Shown: positions 4,769-6,048 of the stretch, in pieces
How positions within the stretch are numbered: the first letter of the stretch is position 1
How the letters are laid out: the number at the start of each line of letters is the position of its first letter
From: a virus
Direction: 5' to 3' (one strand)
IMG/VR virus record: IMGVR_UViG_3300020029_000057
Coordinates: 1 to 6,048 of that record
Length of the DNA stretch: 6,048 nt
Made by a program: the position numbers and the translations under genes
Notes under the pieces: generated by a model
Database searches by the model: none
Told to the model about the DNA's origin: nothing
The model's input: only the letters and a program-made list of their open reading frames with translations

Positions 4769-4966
4769 CTAGAGCTTTTTAATATTACCTCGAGAATCAT
4801 AAATAATAGACATCACAACCGAATCAGCACCATGAAACGAGGTCGCAGTCTGCTGAACACGATGTGTGGTAGCACAACCGGAAACAAAGAACGCCGTAAG
4901 AGCAGCAACGATGGAAGCGATAAGCGTCCAAAATTTTTTCGAAGTAACAAGTTGCTTAAATGTCAT
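4769..4966 (-). CDS. Small predicted lipoprotein, 65 aa (signal peptide plus lipobox VSGC)
   Basis: I translated it by hand: MTFKQLVTSKKFWTLIASIVAALTAFFVSGC|ATTHRVQQTATSFHGADSVVMSIIYDSRGNIKKL. It has a basic n-region, a hydrophobic h-region and a lipobox V-S-G-C at 4874-4885 that fits [LVI][ASTVI][GAS]C. It uses a true ATG (4966..4964). Its TAG stop lies 2 nt before the VP2 ATG. Confidence 0.6.
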   Translation of the reverse strand: MTFKQLVTSKKFWTLIASIVAALTAFFVSGCATTHRVQQTATSFHGADSVVMSIIYDSRGNIKKL

Positions 4967-5095
4967 AGCAGTAGAAAACGATTAAAGAAATACGCGGACC
5001 TTCCAGCAGTCAGTGACCAGGAACTTCAGGCAATTCACGCACTCTTACCAGAAGGTCCCGCGCACGTAACATATATCGTCAAGTAAAGAGACCTA
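4967..5095 (-). promoter_or_regulatory. Intergenic region with an imperfect long-range inverted repeat (4993-5003 / 5051-5062)
   Basis: GGACCTTC (4996-5003) pairs perfectly with GAAGGTCC (5051-5058). Three further GC pairs follow after a one-base bulge at C5059. On the viral strand the 3' arm is followed by TATTTCTTTAATCGTTTTC. No ORF is present. Confidence 0.35.
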
Positions 5096-5392
5096 CTATT
5101 TCTTTTCAGAATCGGCAGGCGTTGAACTCGACGGTTTTGCATCCAACTGAGAATCAATAAGTTCCTGACCTACTTCGAGGCCGTCAAACTTATCCATGCG
5201 AGAGTACGAGTTAGGATCGAAATCAAGGTCCGGATCGTACTTCTCACCTTTGTCCCAATCAGACTGCTGCGCCTGAACGTCAGGACGACCAGGAAGAACT
5301 TCAATAGAACCGGAACCGTCAAGAACAGAGCGAATGCGCTGTCCTCGAGAAACATATTGAGAAGGAGTCTCAAAAAGCCAATCAAGTGCCAT
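5096..5392 (-). CDS. Hypothetical 98-aa acidic protein immediately downstream of VP1 (possible scaffolding-type protein)
   Basis: ATG at 5392..5390, 10 nt after the VP1 stop. The longer track version (5428) starts at TTG inside VP1 and is unlikely. The sequence is MALDWLFETPSQYVSRGQRIRSVLDGSGSIEVLPGRPDVQAQQSDWDKGEKYDPDLDFDPNSYSRMDKFDGLEVGQELIDSQLDAKPSSSTPADSEKK. It is Asp/Glu-rich and looks disordered. The function is a guess from charge and position. Confidence 0.55.
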   Translation of the reverse strand: MALDWLFETPSQYVSRGQRIRSVLDGSGSIEVLPGRPDVQAQQSDWDKGEKYDPDLDFDPNSYSRMDKFDGLEVGQELIDSQLDAKPSSSTPADSEKK

Positions 5393-5402
5393 GATATACA
5401 AA

Positions 5403-6047
5403 TTAACGGTTAGACAAACGAGTAGCAAAAGTCTTATTTACCAAATTCTTCTTCTGAATCGAATATGCTAAATTAACGAAGAAGTTATCCTCGACATTTG
5501 AAGCAAACGGGGAGTTAACAGATTCCATATCAACGAAGAGATACGGGTAATAATACATCGGATTAGACGTACCAATAACACCAATTTTTGCGGAACGCTG
5601 CTGAACCCAATACGAGTACAAAGGAACTTCAGTGCCACTGGTAGAAACAAGTCCGGCAGTAGTCTGAAGCTGGCCAAGAACTTCATCATAAGAAGAACGA
5701 AATTCATTGAAACACGGCTCATTGGCAACAATAGTGGCGGAACTCGAAGCGGATCCAAAAAAGCCAAGGCGGGCAGCCGGAACGTTCTGATAACCAATAT
5801 CGTTGTAGATAGGATTGAAATAATCGGCTCCCTTGTAGTCCAAATAATCAGGCCGAATTCCGGTCCAATAATAAACCGGGCGAATGCTAAGCATATCAAT
5901 CATATAGCCAGGCTCACGGAAATAATAGGATTGACGACGACCAAGCCGCGAATTAAAAGCAATAGCACCACCCTGCTGACCAAGTGGTTCACCATTCGTA
6001 CCAAAATTATTAACACCGGCCGTATTCATCACAACCTGTACATTTAC
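5403..6047 (-). CDS. VP1: Major capsid protein VP1, C-terminal part (5928-6047 duplicates 1-120); stop TAA at 5405..5403
   Basis: Track ORF 5403..6032 begins at an in-frame GTG (cac at 6030-6032, equivalent to 103-105), which is not a real start. Its first 35 residues (..NTAGVNNFGTNGEPLGQQGGAIAFNSRLGRRQS) are the same codons as 1-105 of the N-terminal part. The joined gene complement(join(5403..5927,1..1299)) has 608 codons, giving 607 aa. Confidence 0.95.
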   Translation of the reverse strand, partial: VNVQVVMNTAGVNNFGTNGEPLGQQGGAIAFNSRLGRRQSYYFREPGYMIDMLSIRPVYYWTGIRPDYLDYKGADYFNPIYNDIGYQNVPAARLGFFGSASSSATIVANEPCFNEFRSSYDEVLGQLQTTAGLVSTSGTEVPLYSYWVQQRSAKIGVIGTSNPMYYYPYLFVDMESVNSPFASNVEDNFFVNLAYSIQKKNLVNKTFATRLSNR

Positions 6048-6048
6048 A
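5928..6048. repeat. Terminal redundancy, copy 2 (identical to 1-121)
   Basis: Same comparison as for copy 1. The window ends exactly where the match ends, as expected for a circle written out linearly with an overlap. Confidence 0.97.

Larger units (their letters stand above)
1..5927 (-). other. Complete circular Microviridae (ssDNA phage) genome unit of 5,927 nt; the window strand is the complement of the coding/viral strand
   Basis: There is an exact 121-nt duplication at the two window ends. VP1 (capsid), VP2 (pilot) and VP4 (HUH Rep) all lie on one strand. Genes are compactly packed with three short intergenic regions. In Microviridae the packaged strand has mRNA polarity (established knowledge). 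Confidence 0.9.

Noticed and set aside
3579-4772. A 397-aa ORF on the + strand, nearly as long as VP2 and fully antisense to it
   Set aside because: It is exactly in codon register with VP2. NNT codons read antisense give ANN, which can never be a stop. The product is Thr/Asn/Lys/Ser/Arg/Ile-rich low-information sequence. Microviridae transcribe only one strand. The same logic disposes of the + strand ORFs 4..411, 2012..2443 and 2797..3048, which I confirmed are in register with a - strand gene. The remaining + strand ORFs (757..942, 1463..1717, 2479..2790, 2691..2876, 3183..3476 and 4832..5086) are short, antisense to real genes or spacers, and rejected on strand grounds.
5059-5085. dif-like XerC/D site (GCGCA followed by an AT-rich ATATAT core) that could mediate lysogeny, as described for some gokushovirus prophages
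   Set aside because: My alignment by eye to the E. coli dif sequence, as I recall it, matches only about 14 of 25 positions. The two arms are not convincingly palindromic. The relevant host dif consensus is unknown to me. It is worth a formal motif scan but is not supportable from reading alone.
5393-5428. Hydrophobic N-terminal extension (MLLVCLTVNLYI) of the 98-aa acidic ORF that would make it a membrane-anchored protein
   Set aside because: The extension starts at a TTG inside the VP1 coding region and is again the T-at-position-2 frame effect. A proper ATG (5392) lies 10 nt after the VP1 stop and is the natural start.

Overview
The window is one complete, circularly permuted genome of a small ssDNA phage of the family Microviridae. 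It is the non-phiX174 type (gokushovirus/Alpavirinae-like), and the strand given is the complement of the coding (viral) strand. Bases 1-121 recur exactly at 5928-6048, so the unit length is 5,927 nt and the ends are an assembly overlap of a circle. All credible genes lie on the - strand and are tightly packed. In order they are: major capsid protein VP1 (607 aa, split by the linearisation point at 1299..1 plus 5927..5403, and so absent from the ORF track); a 98-aa acidic ORF; a 65-aa predicted lipoprotein; pilot/minor capsid protein VP2 (413 aa); three small orphan ORFs; a 180-nt highly structured intergenic region; a 70-aa ORF joined by a TAATG overlap to the HUH replication initiator VP4 (357 aa); and a 67-nt spacer back to VP1. 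I found no rRNA, tRNA, CRISPR array, transposon or integrase. The long + strand ORFs and the Leu/Val-rich overlapping - strand ORFs in the track come from a strong NNT codon bias and are not genes. The points most worth follow-up are the small lipoprotein gene (a candidate lysis or exclusion function in a phage group with no defined lysis gene), the structured intergenic region with a phiX174-origin-like motif (a candidate replication origin), and the block of orphan genes between VP2 and VP4. No homology search could be run. The VP1 and VP4 calls rest on motifs I recognise, and everything else is positional or compositional inference.
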